From positions 3,038,001 through 3,102,000 of the forward strand of contig NW_027140989.1 of NCBI RefSeq assembly GCF_036365525.1: a DNA stretch of 64,000 nt, given 5' to 3'. The position numbers were made by a program, and so were the translations under genes. The notes beneath the pieces are model-generated. The model was not told where the DNA came from. It saw nothing but the letters and a program-made list of their open reading frames with translations, and did not search any database. Positions 25,000-37,644 of the stretch are shown piece by piece; the stretch's first letter is position 1; each line of letters opens with the position of its first letter. This stretch comes from Heterodontus francisci. Lineage: Eukaryota.

Positions 25000-25190
25000 G
25001 TTGTAGCTTTTTGAGAGACGTTGTGGGTGGCTCTTAAAGTTCGGAACTCACATTTTATACACATCCCCAGAGCTCCATGTTAATGAAGGATGGGTGAAAA
25101 CCATGTTCGTAATTGGCTGGTTTACAGTGAAGTCAATTCTTGAGATTCTGTATTTACCTGATTGGATATCTAAAGTAACCAATCAAATTT
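25000..25190 (-). pseudogene. H2B: Empty H2B-type locus: promoter fused to half stem-loop plus HDE, CDS absent
   Basis: Minus strand order: CCAAT (25161-25165, 25112-25116), TTCATTAACAT octamer variant (25077-25087), TATAAAA (25053-25059), TTTAAGAGCCACCCA (25024-25038), then AAAAAGCTAC. Confidence 0.65.
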
Positions 25191-25684
25191 AGTGCTCCGC
25201 GAAGCCACAATATTTCGCCGCAGTCAGCTCATCCATTGCTTTTGCCTGTCACCTATCCACCGATATCCCTGACTTTCGCACTCCCTCTGCTACTCTCTCT
25301 TCAACTGTTTCAGTTCTGTTGTCACCAGCCCGTCACCTTTTTCATTCTGCCCGGATCATTACTCCTCACTTCAGCTTACTCACAGAAGACAAGGTGGCCG
25401 ATAGATGAAAACGATGAACAGCTAATCTGTTGTGATCTGCATGCGTGTGTTTGAATTCCATACTCCTTGTTTCTTAATGTTTAAAATAAGAGCACGGGCT
25501 TCGTGTTCCATTCGAGTGCACTGTTTCTTTCTAAACAAGACATACGGATGTGTAAAATAAACACAGTGACAGTGTTGTCGTGGAGTATTGCATCCAGGTC
25601 TGGTTATTTGAGGGTACAGAGGAGATTTATCAGAATGTGTGAAGTAGAGATGGGTTTGTTCTCCATTGGATCAACAACATTGAA

Positions 25685-27030
25685 ACAGTTGAAGAGACAG
25701 TAGTAGAGGGAGTCAGACTGTCAGGGATATTAGTGGATCGGTGACAGGCAAGATCAGTGCACGAGCTGACTGAAAGGAGATTTACAACAAGTGTGAAACA
25801 TCATGACAAGTGAGACCAGGATAAACAGTTCCCATTAGCTCATTCTACAAGGACACAGTGACAGAAATTGAGGATTTTGGGCAGGAGAATTGGGGCGAAC
25901 ACGGTGTGTGTGGTGATGATCTGGAACTCACTTCCCACAAGGGAGCTGGAAGTAGAGACAATCAATTATTCAAGAGATTATTGACACAGCATTTGAAGGA
26001 ATTAAACTTGCAGAGCTACAGGGATCGAGCGGTGGAGTGAGTGTGACTGGATTGCACTGTGGGGAGCTGTCATGGACTCGATGGGCCAATAGCCTCCTTC
26101 GGTGCTGTAAATAACTCTATGTTTACTATTAGTTTCTGACTGAAAACTGATCAGTTTAAAGGCTATTTTAAATCTATAGTTATTCAAAAAATGATAAATT
26201 TATGGGAGGCGTACATGGATGATGAGTATCGTTTTATAAATTGCATTGACTTGTTCGGTTTTAAAACTGTTTTTTTAATATTTTGTCTGTGTGCAGCTTG
26301 TACTCTGTCCCCGTCAGTTCCTGGTCTGTGAGTGTGAGTTTACCTCTTTATCTTTCATTCTCTGTTTCTAAGTGTGGGTCCAATCTTTACCCAGAGCGCT
26401 GTTTGTGAACTGAACTTTACCTATCTCCCTTTTTATGATTGTTCAACAAAGATCTGCACTCTTTTTGCTGACTGAGAACTCATTTATTAGTTTAAAGGAC
26501 ATGTCTTGTTTAACATAGATTTCATTAAAAGAAAATCGAAGCTCAGCATTGTGGGAGATGCACATGAATGATGAGAGTCTATTTGTAAGTTTTAATTTGG
26601 AAATCACATTGATAATTTTTAAGTTATAAAATGAAGCTGCATGAAGCCAGAATTGAGGTCGACAGTTGAAGAGACAGGAGCAGAGGGAGTCAGAAAGTCA
26701 GGGATATTGGTGGATAGGTGACATCAAGATCAATGGACGAGCTGACTGAAGGGACATTTACAACAATTGTGAAACATCATGACAAGTGAGACAAGGAAAA
26801 ACAGTTCCCATTAGCTCATTGTACAAGGACATAGTGACAGAAATTGAGGATTTGGGGCAGGATATGTCTGGCGAACACGGACTGAGTGGTGATGATCTGG
26901 AACTTACTTCCCATAAGGGAGCTGGAAGTAGAGACAATCAATTACTTCAAGAGATTATTGACACAGCGTTTGAAGGTATTAAACGTGCAGAGCTACAGGG
27001 ATCGAGCGGTGGAGTGAGTGTGACTGGACT
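25685..27030 (+). repeat. Two direct copies (~25685-26050 and ~26662-27030) of an old CR1-containing segment
   Basis: Both begin ACAGTTGAAGAGACAG and share the DDLELTSHKGAGSRDNQL translation. Confidence 0.8.
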
Positions 27031-27699
27031 CACCGGACACACAAACACAGTGACAATAGAGCCCGTCCCAGAGTTCCAGCTCCCGGTTGTTAAATGTCCT
27101 CATGTACACAGTCTTTGCTGTGAATCTCTGGGGTTAGTTGCCGATTCCTTGCCCTGTATCCCTTAAACACTCGGAGCCAGGAAATCATCGCTGTCCCTTT
27201 TGAAAGATTTATTGACAGGAATTTTTCTAAACTTTGGCTGAGTCGATCATAACCTGCTGTTCAATCATAGTATTATTCAAAGAATTAATGAGACATTCTG
27301 TTCACTACTTGGGTCTTGAACTCGTTTTGAGCAGATCAACAAGTGAAAGGTTCAACATTTTTGCAGAGATAACAGACAGAGCTGGATAGAGGGACTCAGG
27401 GTTAATCCTGCACACACAGTAGGAGTGACAGTCACACAGGGACGGGAACTGATCTCGATTCCGTTGCCTACTCACCCAACAAGGACAGTTCGGGACTGAC
27501 TGAACATCCAACTCACTATAATTCAGTGCCGGAGAAAGACAGAGGCTTGTCCACTCCATCTTTCCTTACTGTATCTGGGACATTATGTAAGGGAAAGTGT
27601 TCCAGTGCCTCTCACTCGCAGACAGCAACTGACATGTGTTGAGACAGTCAGTGTTAGTCTTTCACTTACCATGAATAGGCGCCTGTCCAAGAACCTGTA

Positions 27700-28050
27700 A
27701 ATCCAATATCCCGAAGCAGCTGCTCTACTCAGAACTTGGTCAAGGTAGGAGAACCCCAGGAGGACAGTGGAAACACTTCAGAGATGTCCTCAAATCATCC
27801 CTCATTTGGGAAGACATTGTACACTTCAGGGATATTTGTCAGGAACATGCAAAGGTGAACTCGAGGCAGCGAAGGGAGCACCCAAACCTCCGATGCAGTC
27901 ATTTACCTGATCCTTCCAGCACCACCTGTCCCTGATGTGACAGAGTCTGCATATCATGCATTGGACTTATCAGCCATTTCAGAACCCATAAAACAGGAGT
28001 GGAAAAAAGTCATCCCTGATCGCGAGGGACTGTCTGAGATGGCAGAGAAT
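27700..28050 (+). mobile_element. RTE-clade LINE 3' fragment (inverted paralog ~34715-35070)
   Basis: Translates IPKQLLYSELGQGRRTPGGQWKHFRDVLKSSL. Confidence 0.75.
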
Positions 28051-28905
28051 AAATAAGCCAATATAATGATCAGCAATAATAATGAACTGGACAGGGAGGA
28101 GATCGAGAGCAGGGCGATAGAATAGGGAGGGGAAGTGGCCTGTGACGTTTATATAATGTAACACATTGACAGAGATCCTGTTCTATTTGGGTAAATACTT
28201 ATTCAAGATAGAAAAATGTGAACTAGTCTCTCGCTGACATATTGTACCAGAGCCAACCTCTATTATTTCCAAACTCAAAACAGGGCCAGATTATGAACAA
28301 ATACTGTATTTCTCACTGAACAACTTTTACCTGTTGGACTCTCTGCAGATTCGCAGGACAAGGATGGTTGCATCTACACACATTACAGATGTTACCCGAT
28401 TCTTTCTATTTTAGCAAGGATCCTAAAGGTTACATTCTTGCTGATGCCAGAACTTTTTTTTCTTTAATTCTGCCTTCATCTCATCTCTCTGCCTGCAAGG
28501 AGTGCTGGTGTCTCTCCCATTGTTCTCACACAAAGGTTTAAACAAAGTATAGACTTGAAAACACATTTCATAATAAAGCAAGCAACAGATCAAACAGACT
28601 TCAATATATTGATGTACAAAGCATATCATTCGTCCGATTACTTTCGCTGTCCTTATTTTTTACAAACGTAAAATATGTCACGGTCCATCTCCCCCACATT
28701 GTGGATTCTCCTCCAGCTACATGACTTGCCTTTTTTCCAATGGCTACGTGCATCTTCCACACTGACACATTTCTCAACATGACATTTTGACATAGTTCAG
28801 TGAAGATGAACGTCATGCTTTACAATCCAACCTTGACATTGCGGTTCTTGCATAAATGTAAGCTATGTAAATGCTCTAAACTTTACACAGCGGTGAGCAG
28901 TGTTC

Positions 28906-29226
28906 AGTGGTGCAGTGGTTAGCCTCACAGCTCCAGTGACCCGAGTTCAATTCTGGGCACTGCCTGTGTGTAGTTTGCAAGGTCTCCCTGTGTTTGCGTG
29001 GGTTCCCTCCGGATGCTCCAGTTTCCACCCACATGCCAAAGACTTGCAGGTAGATAGGTAAATTGGCCATTAGCCAATGTGTAGGTAGGGAAATATAGGA
29101 CAGGTGGGGATGTGATAGGAATATGGGATTAGTGTAGCATTAGTATAAATGGGTGGTTGATGGTCGGCACAGTCTCGGTGGGCCGAAGAGCCTGTTTCAG
29201 TGGTGTTTCTCTAAACTAAACTAAAA
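28906..29226 (+). mobile_element. V-SINE (HE1-like), second copy
   Basis: Same family as 11893-12251, with a CTAAA tail; absent from the paralogous site at ~32380. Confidence 0.85.
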
Positions 29227-29759
29227 TCTGGTGTATTGGACAGAAACTATCAGTTGATCTATCAAAGTCTCTTGGTGTTATGCTCCTAGCCATGCTTACA
29301 ACACAACTATTCTTTTCTTCTTGAAAAGCTTGGATAGATGGTTCTGGATTGTGTATCTCAGTAAGTGGTTGTTCTCCTGACAGCAATGTGGATTGAGGGG
29401 AAATTTGATACAGGTGTTCGTAATTTAGACAAGGAGAACCTGTTCCCATTAGTTGATGGTGCAAGAACTAGGAGAGAGAGAAAATTGGTTTTGGGGAAGA
29501 GATGCAGGGGAATGTTGTTTTACCTGCTGCAACTGTCTGTCCACAAGTGTGGTGGAAGCAGAGACAATCAATGATTTCAATAGGAAACTGGAGAAACACT
29601 TGAAGGAAACAAACTTGCTGCAGAGCGACGTCGAACAAGCAGGAGAATGAATCTGATTGGATGATGAGAATATTTTATCAACTTCAATTCTGTAATAGCT
29701 TTGACATTTTATTCCTTTGTAAAATACTGCAACATAAAGATGACCTGCGATTGGACATT

Positions 29760-29870
29760 GCGGTGACCAAGCACAACAGCTCCTTGCAGATCTCCACAAT
29801 GTACAAAAATAAAGCACCATGCACACCGGCTCTTTTAAGATCCACTGACAGCCTCTCAGAAAGAATCGAT
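29760..29870 (+). pseudogene. H2B: H2B 3'-end remnant with stem-loop
   Basis: GCG GTG ACC AAG CAC AAC AGC TCC = AVTKHNSS (compare AVTKYTSS), then GGCTCT-TTTA-AGATCC (29828-29843) and CAGAAAGA. Confidence 0.75.
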
Positions 29871-30018
29871 TTACTGCAGTTATTTGAATACCAACTGCTC
29901 ACATTTCAGCTGAAGGTAACTTAGAGATCTCCGACAAGACCGTTCATGGATCAGTTCGATCATTGCGTCACTTTTTAATTCCCTGCCTTCAAATAAATAC
30001 CGGCCAACGATCTGTATT

Positions 30019-30972
30019 GTACCTGTCAGTTCCTGGTATGTGAATGTTGATTTTACTCTGCACCTGTCAGTTCCCGGTATGTCAATGTTGATTTTACTCA
30101 GTACCTTTCAGTTCCTGGTATGTGAATGTTGATTTTCTTCTGTACCTGTCAGCTTCTGGTATGTGAATGTTGATTTTACTCTGTACCTGTCAGTTCCTGG
30201 TTTGTGAATGTTTATTTTACCCTGTACCTGTTAGTTCCTGGTATGTGAATGTTGATTTGACTCTGTACCTGTCACTTCCTGGTATGTGAATGTAGATTTT
30301 ACTCTGTATCTGTCAGTTCCTGGTATGTGAATGTTGATTTTACTCTGTATCTGTCAGTTCCTGGTATGTGAATGTAGATTTTACTCTGTATCTGTCAGTT
30401 CCTGGTATGTGGATGTTGATTTTACTCTGTACCTGTCAGTTCCTGGTATGTGAATGTTGATTTTACTCTGTACCTGTCAGTTTCTGGTATGTGAATGTTG
30501 ATTTTACTCTGTATCTGTCAGTTCCTGGTATGTGAATGTTGATTTTACTCTGTACCTGTCAGTTCCTGGTATGTGAATGTTGATTTTACTCTGTACCTGT
30601 CAGTTTCTGGTATGTGAATGTTGATTTTACTCTGTATCTGTCAGTTCCTGGTATGTGAATGTTGATTTTACTCTGTACCTGTCAGTTCCTGGTATGTGAA
30701 TGTTGATTTTACTCTGTACCTGTCAGTTTTTGGTATGTGAATGTTGATTTTACTCTGTACCTGTCAGTTCCGGGTATGTGAATGTTGATTTTACTCTGTA
30801 CCTGTCATTTCCTGGTATGTGAATGCATATTTGACTCTGGACTTGTCAGTTTTTGGTATGTGAATGTTGATTTTACTCTGTATCTGTCAGTTCCTGGGAT
30901 GTGAATGTTGATTTTACTCTGTAACTGTCAGTTCTTGGTATGTGAATGTTGATTTTATCCTGCATCTGTCAG
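30019..30972 (+). repeat. 41-bp minisatellite, ~23 units
   Basis: Unit TGTACCTGTCAGTTCCTGGTATGTGAATGTTGATTTTACTC. Confidence 0.95.
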
Positions 30973-31465
30973 CTTCAGCAATGAGAGGGGTCAACAGAAG
31001 ATCGTTAGCTCTTGGAAGGAGAAGGTAGAACACAGTCAAGAAAACACAGCAAAGGAAGAAGATAGAGAGAAGTCCGTGCCGCAGCAAGCACAGAAACAAG
31101 AACGGATGTTGTGTGTTCCTGAATATCTATTACCATTGTTAAGTATTAACTTTGTGCATCTTAGTTAAGCCTAATAAACTCTCTGACTTGGTCACATAAC
31201 TTGAGTTTGTACCTTGTAGGTCTATCTTGGTCAGGAATCTAAAGGTGAGATGTGTTGGGTATTCTCTGTCTCACCTCTGTTCAGGTAACAACTACCTGAA
31301 ACTTCCAGCTCTTTACTATATGCATACATTGCTATGTATTTTGTCCTCCTCAAACTTCGAAAATGTGGGCCCGATAAAAACATTATTCTTTGTACAGTTT
31401 TCTGCGTCACCCCACTGCATAGTTCTGCCTAGTAAGCAAAAAGGATCAGTTCATGACGAAATTCT

Positions 31466-31665
31466 AAAATAAAAGCAAAATGCTGCGGATGCTGGAAATC
31501 TGAAATAAAAACAAGAAATGCTGGAAATATTCAGCAGTTCTGGCAGCATCTGTGGAGAGAGAAGCAGAGTTAACGTTTCAGGTGAGTGACCTTTGATCAG
31601 AATATTTGCAGCACTTTCTGTTTTTATTTCAGATTTCCAGCATTCACAGTATTGTCTTTTTATTA
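31466..31665. mobile_element. Palindromic Penelope-associated repeat (paralogous insertion at ~33550-33790)
   Basis: AAAGCAAAAT.CTGCGGATGCTGGAAATCTGAAATAAAAAC followed by its inverted copy; hammerhead-like core on the minus strand at 31569-31600. Confidence 0.65.
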
Positions 31666-31752
31666 ACGTAAACGTATTGCTCAGGTACAAGTTAAAATGA
31701 TTGCAAAGCGTTATGTTTATCACACCGACGCCCGAAGCAGACAGTATCGTAA

Positions 31753-31824
31753 GCCATGGTGGTGCAGCGTTGAGCACAGCTGCCTTCCAAGCGTTTGACT
31801 TGTGTTCGATTCCCGGCCGTCGCA
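31753..31824 (+). pseudogene. trnG-TCC: tRNA-Gly(TCC) pseudogene
   Basis: 72 nt colinear with vertebrate tRNA-Gly-TCC: AGCTGCCTTCCAAGC with anticodon at 31786-31788, and GTTCGATTCCCGGCC..CGCA; mismatches in the acceptor, anticodon and T stems. Confidence 0.85.
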
Positions 31825-34800
31825 CTCTTAAATTGCAGGTTTACTTCATGTTGCAGTATTTTACAAAGGAAAAAAAATGTCAAAGTCTTGACAGAATTGA
31901 AATTGAAAAAATATTCTCATCATCCAAGCAGATTCATTCTCCTGCTTGATCAGCGTCGCCCTGGAGCAAGTTTGTTTCCTTCAAGTGTTTCTCCAATTTC
32001 CGATTGAAATCATTGATTGTCTCTGCTTCCACCACACTTGTGGGCAGACAGTTGTCGCAGGTAAAGCAAAAAGTGCTTCCTCACATTTCCCTGCATCTCT
32101 TTCCCAAAACCATCAATCTGTGTCTCCTCGTCCTTGTACCATCAACTAATGGGAACAGGTTCTCCTTGTCTAACTTACCTATACCTGCATCAGATCTCCA
32201 CTCAATCCACATTACTGGAAGGAGAACAACCACTTACTGAGATAACACAATCCAGAGCCATCGATCCAAGCTTTTCAATAACAAAATAATAGTTTTGTTG
32301 TAAGTAAAATAGATGGGAGCCAAACATCAAGAGACTTTGATAGATCTGATTGTCTCTGCCCAACGCACCAGATTTTCTGTTTCACCTGAACACTGCTCAC
32401 CGCTGTGCAAAGTTTAGAGTATTTTCATAGCTTACATTTATGCAAGAACTGCAATGTCAATGTTGGATTGTAAAGCATGACGGTGATCTTCACTGAACTA
32501 TGTTAAAATCTCATCTTGAGAGATGTATCAGTGTGGAAGATGCACGGAGCCACAGGAAAAAAAAGACAACCCATGCAGCTGGAGGGGGATCCACAATGTG
32601 GGGGCGATGGACCGTGACATATTTTGCGTTTGTGACAAATAAGGACAGCTAAAATAATAGGATTAATGATATGCTTTGTCCATCAATATATTGAAGTCTG
32701 TTTGATCTGTTGCTTGCTTTATTATGAAATGTGTTTTCAAGGCTATACTTTGTTTAGACATTTGTGTGAGGACAATGGGAAAGAAACCAGCACTCCTTGC
32801 AGGGAGAGAGATGGGATAAAGGCAGAGTTAAAGAAAAAAATGTCTGGGATCAGTAAGAATGTAACCTTTAGGATATTTGGTAAAATAGAAAGAATCGGGA
32901 AACATCTGTAATGTGTGTAGATTCAACCATGAACTAACTAGTGTCAAACAATGATGTCAACCTGGACCAATTAAGACACTTAGAACAATGCAAAACTAAT
33001 ATGGTAACATCCTTGCACCACAAGAAGGATAAAAGAAAGGGTTTAACAGTACATCGTCATCACACTTAGACAGGGGTCAACAGAAGATCGTTGGTACTTA
33101 AAAGGAGAAGATAGAATACAGTCAATAAAACACAGCAAGGGATGAAGAAGGAGAGAAGTCCGTGCTGCAGCAAGCACAGAAACAAGAACGGGTGTTGTGT
33201 GTTACTGAATATCTATTGCCTTGTTAATTATTAACTTTGTGCATCTTAGTTAAACCTAATAAACTCTCTGACTTGATCACAGAACCTGAGTTTGTACCTT
33301 GTATGTCTATCTTGGTTAGGAATCTAAAGGTGAGATGGATTGGGTATTCTCTGTCTCACCTCTGTTCAGGTAACATCTACCTGAAACTTACAGCTCTTTA
33401 CTATTTGCATGCATTACTGTGTATTTTGTCCTCCTCAAACTTCAACATTGTGGGCCCTATCGAAGTAATGTTCTTCGTACAGTTTTCTGCGTCACCCCAC
33501 TGCATAGTTCTGCCCAGTCAGCAGAAAGGATCAGTTCACTACTAAACTCTAAAATAAAAGCAAAATACTGCGGATGCTGGAGATCTGAAATAAAAACAAG
33601 AAATACTGTAAATACTCAACAGGTCTGGCAGCATCTCTGGAGAGAGAAGCAACGTTAACGTTACTGGTCTGTGACCCTACTTCAGAACGAGCAAATATTC
33701 GAATTGTCAAAGGTTATAAGCAAGTAAAGCGGGGGTGGGGCAAGAGATAACAAAGGAGAAGGAGTAATTAAGACAAGGTCACAGAGTAGCTTCCTATCCT
33801 TTAACCAACTACCATCTCAGGATGCCAGGGTCAATTTTTTACATGGATTTCTATTCTCCATGTAAGTCTGTTATTCACTACTTGATTGAATGCCTTTGGA
33901 AGAGCATATATCCAATAATTACTGTACTACCTTCAGTCACTTCAACCACAAGAATTCAATCATGTTAGTCGCACATGATTTGCCCTGAGCAAATCCGTAC
34001 TGGTTGTCCTTTATTAACTCACCACTGATGTCAAAAACAATAGTCTTTGTTACCAGATTTTTCCTTCCCCTGATTCTGCCTGCTTGTAATCATGGTAATA
34101 GGGTGGATATGGGATATTTTGTACAAATCATTATCATCATTATTTCAATGATTGTCGCTGCAAACAACCTTTGAATTATATAGATCAAAAGCAAATTAAT
34201 GGTAACGTGTGTGACACTGAGACTGGAAGATGGTCGGAATAAAGCGGAGGAAGGGGTGAGGGGGCGGCTCCTAAACTGTCCAAACGGATCTCGTCGAAGT
34301 GCAAAAGTGAATCCGAGTTTTTGAGGGATGAAAGTTAAACATCTGATAGTCTCTGCTTAATGTCATCAGAATGAATCTCTCAGTGACTGAAAATATATCT
34401 GAATGGCCTTGTCCTGCGAATCTGCAGAGAGTCCAACAGGTAAAAGTGGTTCAGTGAGAAATACAGTATTTGTTCATAATCTGGCCCTGTTTTGAGTTTG
34501 GAAATAATAGAGAGGTTGTCTCTGGTACAATATGTCAGCGAGAGAGTAGTTTACATTTTTCTATCTTGAATATGTCTTTACCCAAATAGAACAGGATCTC
34601 TGTCAATGTGTTACATTATATAAGCGTCACAGGCCACTTCCCCTCCCTATTCTATCGCCCTGCTCTCGATCTCCTCCCTATCCAGTTCATTATTATTGCT
34701 GATCATTATATTGGCATATTTATTCTCTTCCATCTCAGACAGTCCCTCGCGATCAAGGATGACTTTTCTCCACTCCAGTTTGATGCGTTCTGAAATGGCT

Positions 34801-36144
34801 GATAAGTCCAATGCATGATATGCAGACTCTGTCATATCAGGGACAGGTGGTGCTGGAAGGGTCAGGTAAATGACTGCATTGGAGGTGTGGGTGATGCCTT
34901 CGCTGCCTCGACTTCGCCTTTGCATGTTCCTGACAAATATCCCTGAAATGTACAATATCTTCCCAAATGAGGGATGATTTGAGGACATCTCTGAAGTGTT
35001 TCCACTGTCCTCCTGGGTTCTCCTGCCATGACCAAGTTCTGAGTGGAACAGCTGCTTCGGGGTATTGGATTTACAGGTTCTTGGAGAGGCGCTTATTCAT
35101 GGAAAGTGAAAGACTATCACTGACTGTCTGAACACATGTCAGTTGCTGTCTGCGAGTGAGAGGCACTGGAAAACTTTCCCTTACATAATGTCCCTGATAC
35201 AGTAAGGAAAGATGGAGTGGACAAGCCTCTGTCTTTCTCCGGCACTGAATTATAGTGAGTTGGATGTTCAGTCAGTCCCGAACTGTCCTTGTTGGGTGAG
35301 TAGGCAACGGAATTGAGACTATTTCCCGTCCCTGTGTGACGGTCACTCAAACTGCCCTGTGTGTGCACGATTAACCCAGAGTCCCTCTATCCAGCTCTGT
35401 CTGCTACATCTGGAAAAATGCTGAACCTTTCACTTGTTGATCTGCTCAAATCGAGTTCAAGACCGAAGTAGTGAACAGAATGTCTCATTAATTCTTTGAA
35501 TAATACTATGATTGAACAGCAGGTTATGATCGACTCAGCCAAATTTTAGAAAAATTCCTGTCCATAAATCTTTCAAAATGGAGTGTGAGGATCTCCTGGC
35601 TCCGAGTGTTTAGGGGATACAGGACTAGACATCGGCAACTGAGCCCTGAAAATTCACAGCAAAGACTGTGTACATGAGGACATTTAACAACCGGGAGCTG
35701 AAACTCTCGGATGAGCTCTTTTGTCACTGTGTTTGTGTGTCCGGAATAATCGCGGCAGCTCCGTGTCTCTTGTTTATAATGAAACGATGAAGATCGCCAT
35801 TCGGTCTTACTCACATTGACCGCGGGTTTCACTCCGTTTAGACAAATCATTGCTGACTGAAATTAATTCTACAAGGTCCCAGCAAACACATCGACTCCCT
35901 CCTTCCTCCCATGTTTCTGTCGGATTGTTTTGAGAGGAGGGTCTCAATAATAACAAACACCCTGCAGGGAGAGACGGCAATTTGAACATCTAAATGGGAT
36001 AAACTCCCGGCTTTCTAGGTTATAGATTCCCTCCACCCCTCCCCACCCTCCCTCCACCCTAACCCCATGTTCAGTTTCATTGTTCACACATTGACGAGGG
36101 TGAAATGGGGAAAGTTCCCATTGAGTTTTGAACGCTGAATTGTT

Positions 36145-36315
36145 GCAGAGATCTGCGCAAGCGCAGTATAGCTCCGCACACTGGGACGTCATAATGAAGT
36201 GAAGAGCGCATGCGCACCCCTCACCCAACACTGTCTCTGAGCGTCATTCATTGAGTGAGCGGAAGATTGTTCAAATCATCTGCGAATGGAGACATCCGGG
36301 TCCCGGGGTAAGTGA
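36145..36315 (+). promoter_or_regulatory. Orphan CpG promoter / first exon, copy 2
   Basis: GCGCATGCGCA, GACGTCA, CGGAAG and donor GGG|GTAAGT near 36307. Confidence 0.6.
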
Positions 36316-36437
36316 ACAAACAACATCTGCGTCCAGCAGCAACACCAGGTTTGGGAGCGAGTCTGCAGATGTGTTCAGAGATTAACATTGAATAGCGGGA
36401 AGTTCAGCGGGAGTCGGGGTCTGTGTGGAATGTGCAC

Positions 36438-37235
36438 TGGAGGCCTGGATACCCGAGTCCAACCCGAGCGGGACCCGAGCACATGTGTCCGCCTCGGCTC
36501 GGGCCCAGCTTGCGGCTCCGGCTTTCGGACTCGGGTTCGGGTCGGACACACTCGGTCATTCTCTGCTGGTCAGTATTGAAATTTTAAAAAACCGACCGGA
36601 GCTGGGAGTCCGGGTCGGAATTGAGTCTGCGCCGTGAGCCGTTGCCGTCACTTTGCCCTCATCACGCATGCGCTGCAGCTTCTTGCAGGCTGAGTATCAG
36701 GAAGGGAAGAAAAGGGATGGTCGGGGAGGGTCGGGTTCGGGTCCGCTGTGGTTCGGTCAGGTACTGTGTGTGTGTGTGTAGACTAAAGTCCTGACAGTGA
36801 ATAGGTTATATTTTTAATACAAATACAGTATATTTTATCATCATTTTGTAATAATTAATCACTCAGAACATTACTGCACTTTGCATCTCAGCTGCTCACT
36901 GGATAAACTTGCAGCAAGTATTTCAACCTGGAAAGCAGGAGTCTACATAATGTATAATGATATTTACTGAGCCTTTGGGCAATCACTGTGTTTATTTTAA
37001 GCAATACAGATACTGGTACAGTGTGGCACAACTCCATGGGTTTCTGTTTAACTCATGACCAAACAATCACTGACGTCGTGGCTCCAATCTTCATCTTTTT
37101 AAACAACCTTTCAAGTCCGATTAATACTGTGTTTGTCCGAACCGAGCCCAAGAGCTCGACCCGGAAGAGTGATCGACCCAAACCCGACACACGTCGTCAG
37201 GTCCTGTTGGGTTCGGGTCCAGTAGCAGGCCTTTA
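36438..37235 (+). mobile_element. ~800-bp non-autonomous hAT-like element with degenerate long TIRs
   Basis: Left end TGGAGGCCTG..AACCCGA..GGACCCGA..ACATGTGTC versus right end (reverse complement) TAAAGGCCTG..AACCCAA..GGACCTGA..ACGTGTGTC; TCGGG arrays; no matching 8-bp TSD. Confidence 0.55.
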
Positions 37236-37644
37236 GCAGGTACTGGTCCTGGGACATGGAGTGAGTCAGGAGAAGAGAGAGGTATTTCTCAGGCAGTGTC
37301 TGGACAGGGTGAGAGAGACAGAATGAGAAGAACTCACCATTGAAAATCATTGCTGTTTTCTGTCTCCAAACTGTAATGCATGTTCCTGGTTCAGATCCAT
37401 AGTCTCTCTGTTCATTGTTATTGGACAGTGAACAGCAGTAAAAAATGGCTTCACTATAACGATGCGGCGGTTTTTTAAAGACTGGGTGAGAAATATAAGG
37501 ACACATTTTAAACAGTGTCTGCTTGTTTTCCCTTCAACAACAGGACTTGGAAGTAGAAATCTGACTTAAAGCCTGGCTGCCTGACCCAAACACGATTAAA
37601 CCCGACTACATGTGTCCAAAGTTGATTTTACACTTCAGTACACT

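Larger units (their letters stand above)
27030..29750. repeat. Inverted duplication arm C1 (partners ~31830-32930 and ~34405-35745)
   Basis: Paired ORFs 27979(-)/34608(+) and 28423(-)/32666(+). Confidence 0.88.

Noticed and set aside
31753-31824. Functional tRNA-Gly
   Set aside because: Mismatches in three stems and loss of the D-loop GG.
36430-37243. 8-bp TSD for the hAT-like element
   Set aside because: The flanks ATGTGCAC and GCAGGTAC match at too few positions, so the two ends may not come from one insertion.
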